Notes: generated by a model not told the origin, from the sequence alone. A stretch of DNA of 63,913 bases, filler included, from Octopus bimaculoides (GCF_001194135.2; 8 parts of 7 records of this genome joined end to end with filler, not necessarily neighbours in it), one strand, 5' to 3'; counted from the whole stretch's first letter, positions 49,632 to 61,570 are shown. Translations and numbers: made by a program.

Positions 49632-50097
49632 TCGAGGTTTAATAAAGAATATCTTATTTACCTCAGTTTTAACATCATCTCCTTTGAAATAGTAATCTTA
49701 TGCAGAAATACACTGGTTCCAGCATTCCTGCCATTTTGGGAATCCAGACTGGGAGTTGTTTTCTGTAATCGAGTTGAGGACCTTCTGCAATTCACTCTGG
49801 ATTTCAACAAAAGTGTTAAAATGGTTACCCCCTTTGAACTGCATTTTCATCTTGGGGAAGAGATGGAAGTCCACAGGTGATAAAGTGGTGAATAGGGTGT
49901 GGGTGTGGAAGCAATACTATGTTGTTTTTGATGAGAAACTCATAAGTGAGGAGAGCTTGGTGACAGGGTGCCTTGTCATTGTAAAAAGTTCAATTCTTTG
50001 TGCTCCAAAAATCTGGTTACTTTTGCTAAATCTCCTCCCTCAAACTCTTCAAAATGTCACAGTAGAACTCTTGATTGATAGTCTGGCTCCCTAACAG
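49632..50097 (-). pseudogene. mariner transposase 3' fragment (different subfamily from 6775-7711)
   Basis: Broken frames give LSPVDFHLFPKMKMQFKGG.HF...EIQ...FPKWQECWNQCISA*DYYFKGD. Confidence 0.75.
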
Positions 50098-50194
50098 GAG
50101 CCCATCTCTTTCAGATCCAAAGCTTGAAAGAGACAAGCTCCTGTTAGGGGCTTGTGAAACTTTAAGTCACATAGAGCCAAATCAAGCTGTTTTA

Positions 50195-50370
50195 AAAGCA
50201 CCCACTACACTCTCGGAGTGATTGGTGTTAGGAAGGGCATCCAGCTGTAGAAACTCTGCCAAATCAGATTGGAGCCTGGTGTTGCCATCCGGTTTCACCA
50301 GTCTTCAGTCAAATCGTCCAACCCATGCTAGCATGGAAAGCGGACGTTAAACGATGATGATGATGATGAT
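50195..50370 (+). mobile_element. Young RTE 3' UTR copy
   Basis: aagcacccactacactctcggagtg...ggaaagcggacgttaaac(gat)n. Confidence 0.85.
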
Positions 50371-50692
50371 GTCGTGTCAAGCTTAGTAAAATCTCTGTCA
50401 TCCATACATACAGGCTTGTCCTTTACAGGTGCTGGTATCACATAAAATGCACTTGAGTTGGTGCTGTGTAGATGCACCCATGCTAGTGATACATAAAGGT
50501 GCCCAGCACTCTGTAAAGTAGTTAGCATTAGGAAGGGCATCCAGCTGTAAAAACCATGCCACAGCAGACAATTTGAAGTCAGGACAGCTTCCTGGCTGGC
50601 CAGCTCTTGTCAAAGCATTCAACCCATGCCAGCGTGGAAAACAGACGTTGAATGATGATGATGAGAATAATAATGGTAATGATAAATACATA

Positions 50693-50839
50693 TAGGTGCA
50701 GGAGTGGCTGTGTGGTAACCACATGGTTCTGGGTTCAGTCCTACTGCATGGCACCTTCGGAAAGTGTCTTCCACTTTAGCCTCGGGCCAACCAAAGCCCT
50801 GTGAGTGGATCTGGTAGACAGAAACTGAAATAAACCCAT

Positions 50840-50893
<54 letters not shown>

Positions 50894-51088
50894 CGTGCAT
50901 ATGTTTGTGTATCTGTATTTGTTCCCCCACCATTACTTGACAACCAATACTGGTGTGTTTACGTCCAACTTAGCAGTTTGGTAAAAGAGACTGATAGAAT
51001 AAGTACTAGGTTTACAGAGAATGAGTACTGGAGTTGATCTGTTCAACTAAAGGTGATGCTCTAGCATGGCAGTCAAAAGAGCAAAAGA
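50693..51088 (+). mobile_element. SINE family A, near full length
   Basis: aggtgcaggagtggctgtgtggt head, gggttcagtcc B box, (TG)n spacer, conserved tail. Confidence 0.85.
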
Positions 51089-51627
51089 GTAATATACACA
51101 CAAAGAAACACATGTTAACATGTTTTCTTGTATTATAATAAAAACCAGTTCTCAGTAGTATGTACCACTTATTGCAATAATATAACATCATTTACATACA
51201 AAAGTATACTGGAATATCCAGTATGTATTAGTTGGAGGTTAACTACTAGACTTATATCTCCTTTATTTGCTGATAGAAACAGAATGATTCAGGTGAGAGG
51301 TCATAGAGGGGGAGAGAAGTAATGGGTTGTGGTAAGGGTAGACAATGGTAAGACTGAGTGATAGATGGAAACATGTACGTGGAGAGAGAATGAGACCTAA
51401 ATACATGTGCTTGTTACATGTACCAAATTCCAAAGCCATCCATACAAGTTCTCAGCCAGTATTGTTTGGTTGGTTATATTCATAAATGGGTTGAAACAGT
51501 TAACAGATAAAAATAAGAGAAAATTCTCAATGACACACAACATGATAAACCAGGTGCTATGACCTATAATATGATGTGTTATTAACCATATTACTTCATA
51601 ACTTCGCATGAACTTTTAGAAAGGCCT

Positions 51628-51658
<31 letters not shown>

Positions 51659-52696
51659 CATCATCATCATCATCATCATTTAACGTCTGCTTTCCATGCT
51701 AGCATGGGTTAGACGATTTGACTAAAGACTGGTGAACCAGATAGCTACACCAGTCTCCAATCTGATTTGGCAGAGTTTCTACAGCTGGATGCCCTTCCTA
51801 ATGCTAACCACTCCGAGAGTGTAGTGGGTTTTTACATGCCACCACCACGATGGCCAGTCAGGCAGTACTGGCAACGGTTATGCTCAAAATAGTGTATTTT
51901 ACGTGCCACCTGCACAGGAGCCAGTCCAGTGGAACTGGCAATGATCTTGCTCGAATGTCTTTACACGTACCACCGGCACAGGTGCCAAGGGGGCAACGCT
52001 GGGCACAGGTGCCCACGATTTTGCTCTCACTTGCCCCAACAGGTCTTCGCAAGCGGAGTTTAGTGTCCTATGAATGAAAGGTACGCATAAGTGGGCTGGC
52101 TTCACCCCTGGCAGAGGCCTTGGATTTAGGTCTCACTTGGCTTGCCGGGTCTTCTCATGCACAGCATATTTTCAAAGGTCTCGGTCAGAAGTCATTGCCT
52201 CGGTGAGGCCCAATGTTCGATGGTCGTGCCTCATCACCTCTTCCCAGGGCCTACCTCTTCCACACAGCTATCCTCATCCATTCTCGCCACATGACCTTAC
52301 CAGCGCAATCGTCTCTCTTGCACACCAGAACTGATGCTTCTTAGGTTCAACTTTTCTCTCAAGGTACTTACACTCTGTTTAGTATATATACTGACATAAC
52401 ACATCCATCGAAGCATACTGGCTTCATTCCTTGCGAGCCTACGCATGTCCTCAGAAGTCACGGCCCATGTTTCACTGCTATGTAGCATGGCTGTTCGTAC
52501 ACATGCGTCATACAGTCCGCCTTTTACTCTGAATGAGAGACCCATTGTCACCAGCAGAGGTAAGAGCTCTCTGAACTTTGCCCAGGCTATTGTTATTCTA
52601 GCAGCTACACTTTCAGCACACCCACCCCGGCTACTAACTTGGTCAGCTAGATAGCGGAAGCTATCAACTAAGTCTAGTTTTTCTCCCTGGAATGTG
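51659..52696 (-). mobile_element. RTE LINE 3' end: ORF2 C-terminus, ~480-bp 3' UTR and (GAT)n tail; 5' part lost in an N gap
   Basis: ORF 52297..52551 (KGGLYDACVRTAMLHSSETWAV...LRWM...RRLRW) continues to ...EKTRQAK*, then runs without a break into the abundant (GAT)n-tailed repeat. Confidence 0.92.
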
Positions 52697-53321
52697 NNNN
52701 NNNNNNNNNNNNNNNNNNNNNNNNNNNNNNNNNNNNNNNNNNNNNNNNNNNNNNNNNNNNNNNNNNNNNNNNNNNNNNNNNNNNNNNNNNNNNNNNTGTA
52801 TGTATGTATGTATGTATGTATGTATGTATGTGTCTACGCAAACATATACATACATATATATATGTGTGTGTATGTGAGTATCAGTCTATTTATAATTGTA
52901 TGTATATATCTATCAATAACTGGTTATCTTATTTATCTTTCTGTCTACGTCTGTCTGTCTTTCCATCTATAGAGAGATAGACAGAGAGAGATAAAAATAG
53001 ATATATATACACACACACGCACGCACACACACACACACATGTATATATATGCACAGATATGTATGCGCATGTATATGTGTGTGCGTGTGTGCGTGTGTCA
53101 CTACTTCTGTATATATACGCATAAATATATATATATATTTATATATATATATACACACATATATGATGGTCTTCTTTCAGTTTCCTTCTACCAAACCCAC
53201 TGACAAATCTTCGGTCGACCCGAAGCTATAATAGAAGACACTTGCCCAAGGTGCCACGCAATAGGACTGAAGCCGGAACCATTTGGTTGGGAAGCAAGCT
53301 TCTTACCAGATAGCCACGCAT

Positions 53322-53421
53322 NNNNNNNNNNNNNNNNNNNNNNNNNNNNNNNNNNNNNNNNNNNNTTAATTAATTAANNNNNNNNNNNNNNNNNNNNNNN
53401 NNNNNNNNNNNNNNNNNNNNN
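53322..53421. other. Artificial scaffold-joining spacer
   Basis: 44 N + TTAATTAATTAA + 44 N. Confidence 0.97.
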
Positions 53422-53692
53422 GGTGGTGGTGGTGGTGGTGGTGGCAGTGGTGTGGTTGTACAGTTATGACAGTAATGGTGGAGTGTGGTGATGGAGTTTT
53501 ATGACGTGTTATATTACACACAACTGACTCAATACGTCTCCGTTTACCTTCCAGTCTGACAAAACTCTCACAAAACAATCTTAATCTGTAGAGTGGTCTC
53601 CAACTGTATTTCTTCCTGTCAGTCCGTCGTCCTGTCTGTCTGCCTGTTTATCTCTATGTCTCTGTCAATCGACTATTAATGTATCTACCTAC

Positions 53693-53742
<50 letters not shown>

Positions 53743-54133
53743 CTTTCTTTCTATGCGTCTATAAATCAATATGATTTTACACACACACACACCTGTGCAC
53801 ACACGCACGCACGCCCACACAGCATCCATCCAAAACTACAAATACAAGGAAATTCACATAAGTTGAATAGAAACAAGCGCAACCATTTCGTATTTCGAAT
53901 TACTTTTCCATTGGGAATAAATATTTATTTTTCCCTATCCATCATTCCATCCGCGTGTTTCGTTTAAAATACTTTAATAAAATATTCTCATTTAATATAT
54001 TTCTATGTATTTCTATTTCTATATATTATAAGGTCACACCCAGTCGAAGGAGCGTCAAGGTTAAAGATCTGTAAGTCGTGGGTTCTATCCCATGCAATCA
54101 AAATATTCAAGTCATTGTATTTTATTTGTTAAA

Positions 54134-54169
<36 letters not shown>

Positions 54170-54314
54170 ACATACACACACACACTTCTTTTTTCTCTCG
54201 TCATCATATTCCTTTTCTAGCATCCCAACTTCCTCTCTTCCTCTCTCTCTCGTCTCCTCACTCGTAATTGTACACTTCCCCCCTCCCTTCCTTCCTTCCC
54301 TGTTTTCTCTGCCG

Positions 54315-54345
<31 letters not shown>

Positions 54346-55084
54346 TCTCTCTCCCTCATCTTCCTTCCCATCACTTCTATCTACTTCCCACACGAGACCA
54401 GTGACTAATTTTCCCATCGCTGTCTTTCGCCACCGGACGTTTATCTTGCCGGTCAACATTTATCTCCTGTCTTGCTAGTTCTCATTCTATATCCATTCAG
54501 GTTCTCTTCCAAGCGTTACCCATCATTCTCATCTGTTTTGCCGGAAGGCCGTATTCATTCCGTCTTCGTCAATCTTCTCAAATTACATTTGTTTACTTTC
54601 GTACGTCTATTGTTTTGTTTCCTCGAGCCCTAATTCTCCCCAAATTTTGCGGGTCTCGCCAATATGCAAACGTTCTCAGTCTTATTGTTAAAAGCATGAA
54701 ACTGTGTATTAATATTTCGGTCGATAACTGATGAAGAATTAGGGTCCTTTTGTGTCTGTCCTACAGTTTTCATTTATTGAGTAACTGAACGCCACGCATC
54801 TCGACATTTGTTAACAGTAAGTTTATATATATATCTATATTAATCATTTAATAAGTGTTTGATTCGGCTCCATGAAACTTGAAGTTTCGTAGAGTCGTTC
54901 ATCAAACCTCACTCGCGATTAGAATGTAGAGGATCCGAGATATTGGGATCCTATTGATGAACGTGGGCTCTATGGTTTTATCAGCATAGAGTTATTGACA
55001 GAGAAGCAATAGATTGAAACTGAGTTCCAAGGGTTACGTGGTTGGATAGGATATTGATTGCGTCTGCTGCCTGTCTAGGAAGTG

Positions 55085-55620
55085 GAAACGACAGCAGACC
55101 ATTGGTATGCGTGTCTATGTGAGAAAGTGTATATATCTGATGTGCGAATGTTGGTATTTAGTGTGCGTGTTTGTTGCGCGGGGGCTGTATCTTCTGTGTA
55201 GGTATGTGCATGTGTGTATGAATGCGTGTGCGTGTGCGTGTATGTCCGCGTATACGCGTGCATTAGTATCTGATGTATGTGTGGGTGTGTATGTGCATCT
55301 GTGATGTGCGTGAAAGTGTGCGTGTATGTGTGTGTATGTGCGTGTATGTGTGCGCCCCGCAATAAGTTGCACGCATGTATGTATGTATACCTATGTTCGT
55401 GTGTGTATGTGTATGTGCGTGTGTTTGTATCTTGTGTGTATAGGTGTCTATATGTTGATATGTGTGTGCACATGCATGTGTAAGACTGGTGTTAGCGCGT
55501 GTGTGTGTGTGTGTGCTTTTTCTGTGTACACATATAAGACTGCTGTATTCATCAGATATGTATGTCTGTGTATTTATAACACTGGTGTTCGTGTGTGTGC
55601 GCCTGTCTGGGGTGTAGATA
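55085..55620. repeat. Degenerate (TG)/(TATG)-rich low-complexity tract
   Basis: Read directly; source of several HTHT/VCVC pseudo-ORFs. Confidence 0.85.
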
Positions 55621-55654
55621 AATGAGAGTGTTGTGCATCTCGTCCGTATGTCTA

Positions 55655-55812
55655 TGTACATTATTTACATTTGACGGATATTTGTCCTCATCTTGTTTGT
55701 TGGTGTCTTGGGGAATTTTCGAACCTGGATTCTCATTCTTAAAGTATTTTTCGATGCTATTATCTTAGGGTTAGTAGTCCACGCTCTTAACCGCTACACC
55801 ATATGCCCGTGG
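55655..55812 (-). mobile_element. tRNA-derived module (SINE-like head, B box region deleted) abutting a Penelope ORF stop
   Basis: Reverse complement ccacgggcatatggtgtagcggttaagagcgtggactactaaccc has an A box, D arm and anticodon-like arm. Confidence 0.55.
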
Positions 55813-55816
55813 TTAA

Positions 55817-56310
55817 TTATGGAGTGAATTTTAGGGTGTATAAATCTAATATTTTCCTATCCTTCCTTAATACCGGTTCCCATATGCTATTCATATCTGC
55901 ACTCAGTCTGCTTAGGAGGTTGCTGTGTCCTAGCATATCTGCTGCTTCTTTTAGTGTTCATATTTTCCAGTTGTGTTCTCTCTCTATTATTTTAACTTTA
56001 TCCCACATGGGAAGGTGGTCTCCATTTTTCCATACATAATCAGCTATACCCGATTTAACAATATCTGCCCGTGTCACAGCTTTACGATGTTCGTCTACCC
56101 TTATTTTGAGGGGGGTGACATGTTTCGCCTTTGTATAACCTACCACAGCTGCATGGGATGGAGTACACACAGTCTTTGGTCATATTCTCCTCTATTGGTG
56201 GTTTTACTCGGAGATATTTGTGAAGTGATGTATTACTCTTGAATACTGTCCTAATGTCATGCGGACCGCATATCTTTCGTATCTTTTCGGAGAGGCCTTT
56301 CACAGAGCGT
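55817..56310 (-). mobile_element. Penelope-like element (Penelope/Poseidon-type) GIY-YIG endonuclease and C-terminus, decayed
   Basis: GLSEKIRKIC...VFKSNTSL...CVYSIPCSCGRLYKGET..PLKIRVDEHRKA...SGIADYVW...WDKVKII.REHNWKI*TLKEA, with one frameshift and one TGA. Confidence 0.88.
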
Positions 56311-56539
56311 GTCTATGTGTATAATACAGGCGTTTTTATGAGTTTCTGCTCCAGTTTGTGCACATATTAGACTGGTATGTGGACGTGCTGATGTATTATT
56401 TTATATTTGTTGCCTTGTATTGGTGAAGGCAATTTAGAGGGAGTAAGCACTTATATATCGATGCTGATACGTGGGTGTGTGTGTGCATATGCATGTATAT
56501 ATCTGTATGTTTGTGTGCGTGTGTTCTTTGTTTTGTTTG

Positions 56540-56883
56540 CGAGGGTGTGTATGTTGAGTGACTGTTTAACGCTGGTCATATAGTCATTTAGGGATTTAAG
56601 GAAGGGGTTAGAATAATACTGAAACTTTACCTTCTTTACAATGCTCCATAGGTCAGTCTCGAAGTTCTCAAGGTCTTTCGAACGTGGTGGTGTGGGGCAC
56701 TTTCGGGATTTGAAGCCCAACGTATCCATACATGTTAATGGTAGATGGATTCTCGTAGAAGAAAGCCTTCCAGCGCATGCGTTTGATGACACTTTCCGGC
56801 TTCTCTGTAAGTCGCGTCAAATAGATTTTCCTTCGAAGTATTTGGATATTCCTCAGCGAGTACGGTAGTGGCTGTCTCTCCAT
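56540..56883 (-). mobile_element. Penelope-like element N-terminal fragment (Hydra-clade-like)
   Basis: YSLRNIQI...YLTRLTEKPESVIKRMRWKAFFY followed by frameshifted DLENFETDLWSIVKKVKF. Clade assignment is from memory. Confidence 0.7.
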
Positions 56884-57437
56884 TACAAACTGTTGGTCAG
56901 GTGTTTGTGAATGGCGCTCAACAGAATCTGGAGCAATTGTACGAGTGAGTGGACTAACGAAAGAAGAGCACTCAACAAATTTATTGAGAGTTACAGGTAT
57001 GTATGAAAACAGTTTGATTCAAAATCGGGGGTATTCTGACTTTCAAGTGTGATGCTAGTCTTCAACCCATTTTGAATTTGAATGAAAGAAGTTGATTGTT
57101 ATTACTGTAAGGTGGGTTGCGATTGGTCGAGGAAGGTCATGCGGTATCGTGGTTTGATGTTGGTATTTCAGTACATCAGCGACAACAGTCAGATGGAAAA
57201 TACCACATGGATGACCAAGAGGAAATCGACAGCGTGTTGGACAGGAAATCGGTCGAGTTGTTGGAGGGAAAGTAGGGAGGGGGGAGATGTGCTAGTATAT
57301 AGTTGTATATGGGGTTTGTGGACGCGCTCATATGGTTTTGCATGCCTGTCTATATTGATGCGGGCGTGCGCATTTGTACATGGGCGCGAACGCGTACATG
57401 TATGTGTTTGCGTTTGTATATATATATATATATATAT

Positions 57438-57537
57438 NNNNNNNNNNNNNNNNNNNNNNNNNNNNNNNNNNNNNNNNNNNNTTAATTAATTAANNNNNNN
57501 NNNNNNNNNNNNNNNNNNNNNNNNNNNNNNNNNNNNN
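57438..57537. other. Artificial scaffold-joining spacer
   Basis: 44 N + TTAATTAATTAA + 44 N. Confidence 0.97.
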
Positions 57538-57928
57538 GGTGTTCACTCAGTGGAATTTTCCGTAGTTCCTCCTGTCGGACATGTTGCCAGTGAATTCTGG
57601 CTCGTTGACATAAGGAATTTCCAGTTTCACCTATATAATCCTCCTTGCATGTGGGGCAGGTTATGCAGTATATTACATTCTGCATCTTGCAGTTCATGTC
57701 TGCATTTACATTGAATGTGTGACCACTCTTAAATTTTATCTGTTTGTTCCTCTCTATATATTTGTAGATGGGGTTGCTGCAGGTTCCACATCTACCATCT
57801 CCACACTCTTTTACGTAGAATTCGGTTTTATTCTCTGCTGAGAATTTCGCTCTTGTAAGGTGTTGTTTTAAGTTTTTTTCTTGGCGTTTACTGTTTTTTA
57901 TGCAATGTTTGTTTAGTAGGTTTTCCAT
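57538..57928 (-). mobile_element. Penelope-like element (Neptune-type) Cys linker and GIY-YIG endonuclease, open frame cut by the scaffold end
   Basis: NLKQHLTRAK...CGDGRCGTC...MNCKMQNVIYCITCPTCKEDYIGETGNSLCQRARIH...PLSEH. Confidence 0.88.
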
Positions 57929-58250
57929 CTACACACACACGCACACACACAGACACACACACCAACACAAAAAAACACACACTCACACACTCTCTCTCAC
58001 TGTGTGGTTGACCGTTATTAAGACAAAANNNNNNNNNNCTCACACACTCTCTCTCACTGTGTGGTTGACCGTTATTAAGACAAAAGAGCTATTAGAATGA
58101 CCACTAAGTAAGGGGAGGGAGTAAAGGTAAGGGAGTGAAAAGGTCCATAGTATTCGCGTAAGTACACCAACCCGTACATGGGCCTATATGTATATACTCA
58201 TCCACCCTTGCTTGAAACACACACATGCTCACCCACACATTCGCCAAATG

Positions 58251-58284
<34 letters not shown>

Positions 58285-58719
58285 GCCGCATACACATCCG
58301 CGTGCACGCGCATAACATGCATGCACCCATACATACGCGTGCAAAAAAGGTCCATACACATGTAAATATACACACATGCTCAAGAAAAAAAAAACAGGGC
58401 TAAAAGTAAACTACAGAAAAAGGTGTGGAAAAGCTATAAGGGCAAAACGCATCTATATGCGCATATTCTCACATACACGCACATACATCTATATACGCAC
58501 GTACCCGCACACATAAGGTTCCATGTACGCGTCTATAGACGCACAGGAAAATCAAAAAAAAATGCACAGGGTGGAGCGGGGAATACAGAAAAAATATACA
58601 AAACATTATCTCTATAAATATGTAAAAAAATATATAAAAAATATATAAGAAATCTAAGTAAAAAGTATAGAGAGATAAAAAGCTTGTACATAGATACAAT
58701 ATAGAAAGCAAGTCCTATC

Positions 58720-59275
58720 AGTAAACTCGGGGGGACCAAAAACGTAGCAAATATTTAGCCACATGTGGACATGATCCAAAAAGTCCAGTTCTTGAATTTA
58801 GGCATGTGGCTGCCTTTCCAGATGAGCCATCTTTCCATATCACATAGACCGCACTTTCCGCTGCCGTTGGTGTAAGGTTTACACTTGGCTAAGATCTTCC
58901 AATGGATGTTGTAACTGACACCTTTATCTTTTAAGGACCATATATGACTGGATAATTTGGTCGTTTTCCTTTTATCCCAGTGCCTGAAGCTCAAGGTGTG
59001 ATTATTGAATCTGGCCTTGAAATTACCCTCTGTAAGGCCCACATATTTCTTCATCGAAACTGTGTCCTTAGTGGATATAGAGTCCACGGTGGCTTCATAA
59101 ATGATGGTCTCGGACATGCAAGCTCCATTTAGCGGGCACAAATTGTTATCCCTGCATGAACAGCTGGCTTCATATTGTGGTTTTTGTGTGTTGTGTGTGA
59201 TTATATTTTTAAAATTAGCAGTTGAGCTGAAACTGATTTTTAAGTTATGTCTGTTGAAGATCTTTTTGTGACCAT
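58720..59275 (-). mobile_element. Penelope-like element (Hydra-clade-like) C-terminal GIY-YIG endonuclease
   Basis: KIFNRHNLKISFS...SCSCRDNNLCPLNGACMSETIIYEATV...YVGLTEGNFKARFNNHTLSF...LSSHIWSLK...WKIL...CGLC; frameshifted LNSRTGLFGSCPH end. Confidence 0.85.
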
Positions 59276-59281
59276 CATTTA

Positions 59282-60295
59282 TGAGGCCACTGTGGACAAA
59301 GAAGACTGGGTTATAAAAAACATTGTCAAACCCAAAGGCCTTCTTTCATTATATCAAAGAAACAGCCTCAGTACATTGCAAGATAGGACCCCTCTTCCAA
59401 AAGGATGGCTCCCTCACAGATAGTCCAACCAGGATCAGTGAGGTACTGAATGATCAGTTCAAAAGTGTCTTTACCACCCCATTGGGACACAGACGAGTGA
59501 ACCAGTGGACTTCTTTGCCGCCTCACCTATAACCAGCGAGGTAGTTACGATGGATTACATCGATATTAGTGAAGAAGATATGCTACTAGCAATGGATGAG
59601 GTGGACGCAAACTCAACTGCTGGTCCTGATGGTTTCCCAGCAATCCTCCTCAAATCGTGTAAGTGTGCCCTGGCAAAACCCCTCCAGATTCTCTTCCAGA
59701 GCTTTCTTGCATATAGTAGGTGCCAAACAAACTGAAGGAGAGAATAATATGCCCAATCCATAAAGGGGAAAGCAGAGCAATTGCCAAAAACTATAGGCCT
59801 TTCTCTCTGACTTCACACATCAGCAAAGTCATGGAATGGATAGTCAGAGGGAAACTAATCGCAATCCTTGAAGAAAACAACTTTTGACCAGGTAGGAGCT
59901 GCCTGACCCAGCTCTTACAGCACTACGACTGGGTGTTGAGGCAGTTACTCAACAACACAAATGTGGATGTAATATACCTTGACTTTGCAAAAGCTTTTGA
60001 TAAAGTGGATCATGGTATGATATGCCACAAACTGCATGATCTTTGCATAGCTGAAAAAACTTGGAGAGTGGTTACATGACTTTCTGGAAGACAGAAGTCA
60101 GGCAGTAGTGACCAGTGGAGCCACCTCAAAGAAAACAAAATAGTGAGCGGTGTTCCACTGTTTTTCATAGTGGCCCTCTCAGACATGCTCTCAGCTGCCT
60201 GGAAAGCCACCCTTGCTAGCTACACAGATGATATGAAAATCTCGCAGAACATACAGAACCCCAGCGATGTTGCACACCTGCAGCAGGAGTTGTCT
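59282..60295 (+). mobile_element. CR1-clade LINE reverse transcriptase, decayed
   Basis: NPKAFFHYIK, AGPDGFPAILLK, NYRPFSLTSHISKVMEWIV, GRSCLTQLL, VDVIYLDFAKAFDKVDHG and LASYTDDMK across frameshifts. Confidence 0.93.
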
Positions 60296-60833
60296 TCAAG
60301 GAAGGGAGTTATTCACGATCTCACCACCGTCTCAAATACTTTAATGATATGAAAAGTGGGTGAAATCGGATGGTGGTTCACTGGAAGAGATTTGTTTCCC
60401 TTTTTGAAGACTGAAACGACAGACTGGGAAAGAAAATGTAGCTTGCATCAAGTGAGTTTCTCCACAGCTCAGCTAGATCTTATATATATATATATATATA
60501 TTAATTTTGTCTATATGGTTTTAGCTTGCAGCCACTAACATTAATATCTCTCATGAGTATTAATGTCCTTTATATATATATATATATTTTTTTTTTAAAT
60601 CGTATTCACTCAGTTTGCTGTTCTCAATGTGGTTTGGCCACTGAAACGAACACAGGCAATGACTGAAGTGAGATAGGAGTTTGTAACTAGCAGGCTTGGC
60701 TGAAGAGAATCATGTTTTGGCACTAAATTCAAAATCATGCTATCAAGTTAATTGACACTCATTCTTGCAATCTTGTATAGGTAAGGCGCAATCCTTATTT
60801 CACTTCGTTTTTTTCCAACCATGCCTGTGAAAA

Positions 60834-61075
60834 TTGCTGAGAGAAAAGCTGAACATAAGAAGCATCAGATGTGATGTGCAAGAGAGACGACTGCACTGGT
60901 ATGGTCATGTGTTGTGTATGGATGAGGAGAGCTGTGTGAAGAAGAGTCACACCCTAACAGTGGAGGGAACCTGTGGAAGAGGTAGACCCAGGAAGACCTG
61001 GAATGAGGTGGTGAAGCACAACCTTCGAATGTTGGGCCTCACAGAGGAATGACAAGTGACCGAGACCTTTGGAGG
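60834..61075 (+). mobile_element. RTE LINE ORF2 C-terminal fragment
   Basis: LREKLNIRSIRCDVQERRLHWYGHVLCMDEESCVKK...GRGRPRKTWNEVVK. Confidence 0.88.
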
Positions 61076-61166
61076 TTGAACAGAACTGGTGGAGTGTGAG
61101 GAAAACATAAGCTCTTATAAATGTGTCCATATTGCAGAAAGGACTCCCTCCAATCTTCTCAGGTGG

Positions 61167-61570
61167 TGAAATGATTAAAGACTGTTTATTTATGGAAGAC
61201 GGGGCTCTTTGTCACACGGCTAAAAAGACCCAAAATTGGTTGGAAACATTAAAAAGCTTCCATGGCTAAGCCAGTCACCAGATATGAACCCTATTGAACA
61301 CCTCTGGCACATAATGGACAGGATACTTCATAAAAAGAACAAGAAAGCATCTTCAAAGCCAAATCTCGTGAATGAAATTCCTCAAGAGAATATTCGTCTT
61401 CTGATTTATAGCATGTCTAATAGGGTCCTTGCATTGAAAAATGCAATGGGCATGTCGACTACATGTTAGATATTCATAGAATAATAGATAATTTCAATGT
61501 ATAATTTCAGATTTAAATAAAAATTTTAACAATTATAAGGGTGTCTATTTACTTCTGTCAAGTCTCTGTG
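61167..61570 (+). mobile_element. Tc1 3' fragment with right TIR
   Basis: FMEDGALCH, KLPWLSQSPDMNPIEHLW; ends ggtgtctatttacttctgtcaagtctctgtg; related to 19097-19985. Confidence 0.85.

Noticed and set aside
54695-54745. GAAAC...GTC...CTGATGA in type-II hammerhead order
   Set aside because: No room for stem I and no stem II pairing.
55948-55950. In-frame TGA in the Penelope ORF as a possible selenocysteine, as reported for some Naiad elements
   Set aside because: It falls at a position normally Arg (R..KEA), consistent with CGA-to-TGA decay; the copy also has a frameshift and is not Naiad-like.
57975-58085. Exact ~45-bp direct repeat flanking a 10-N gap; similar cases near 26780-26960 and 33400-33560
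   Set aside because: Typical unmerged contig overlap, i.e. an assembly artefact.
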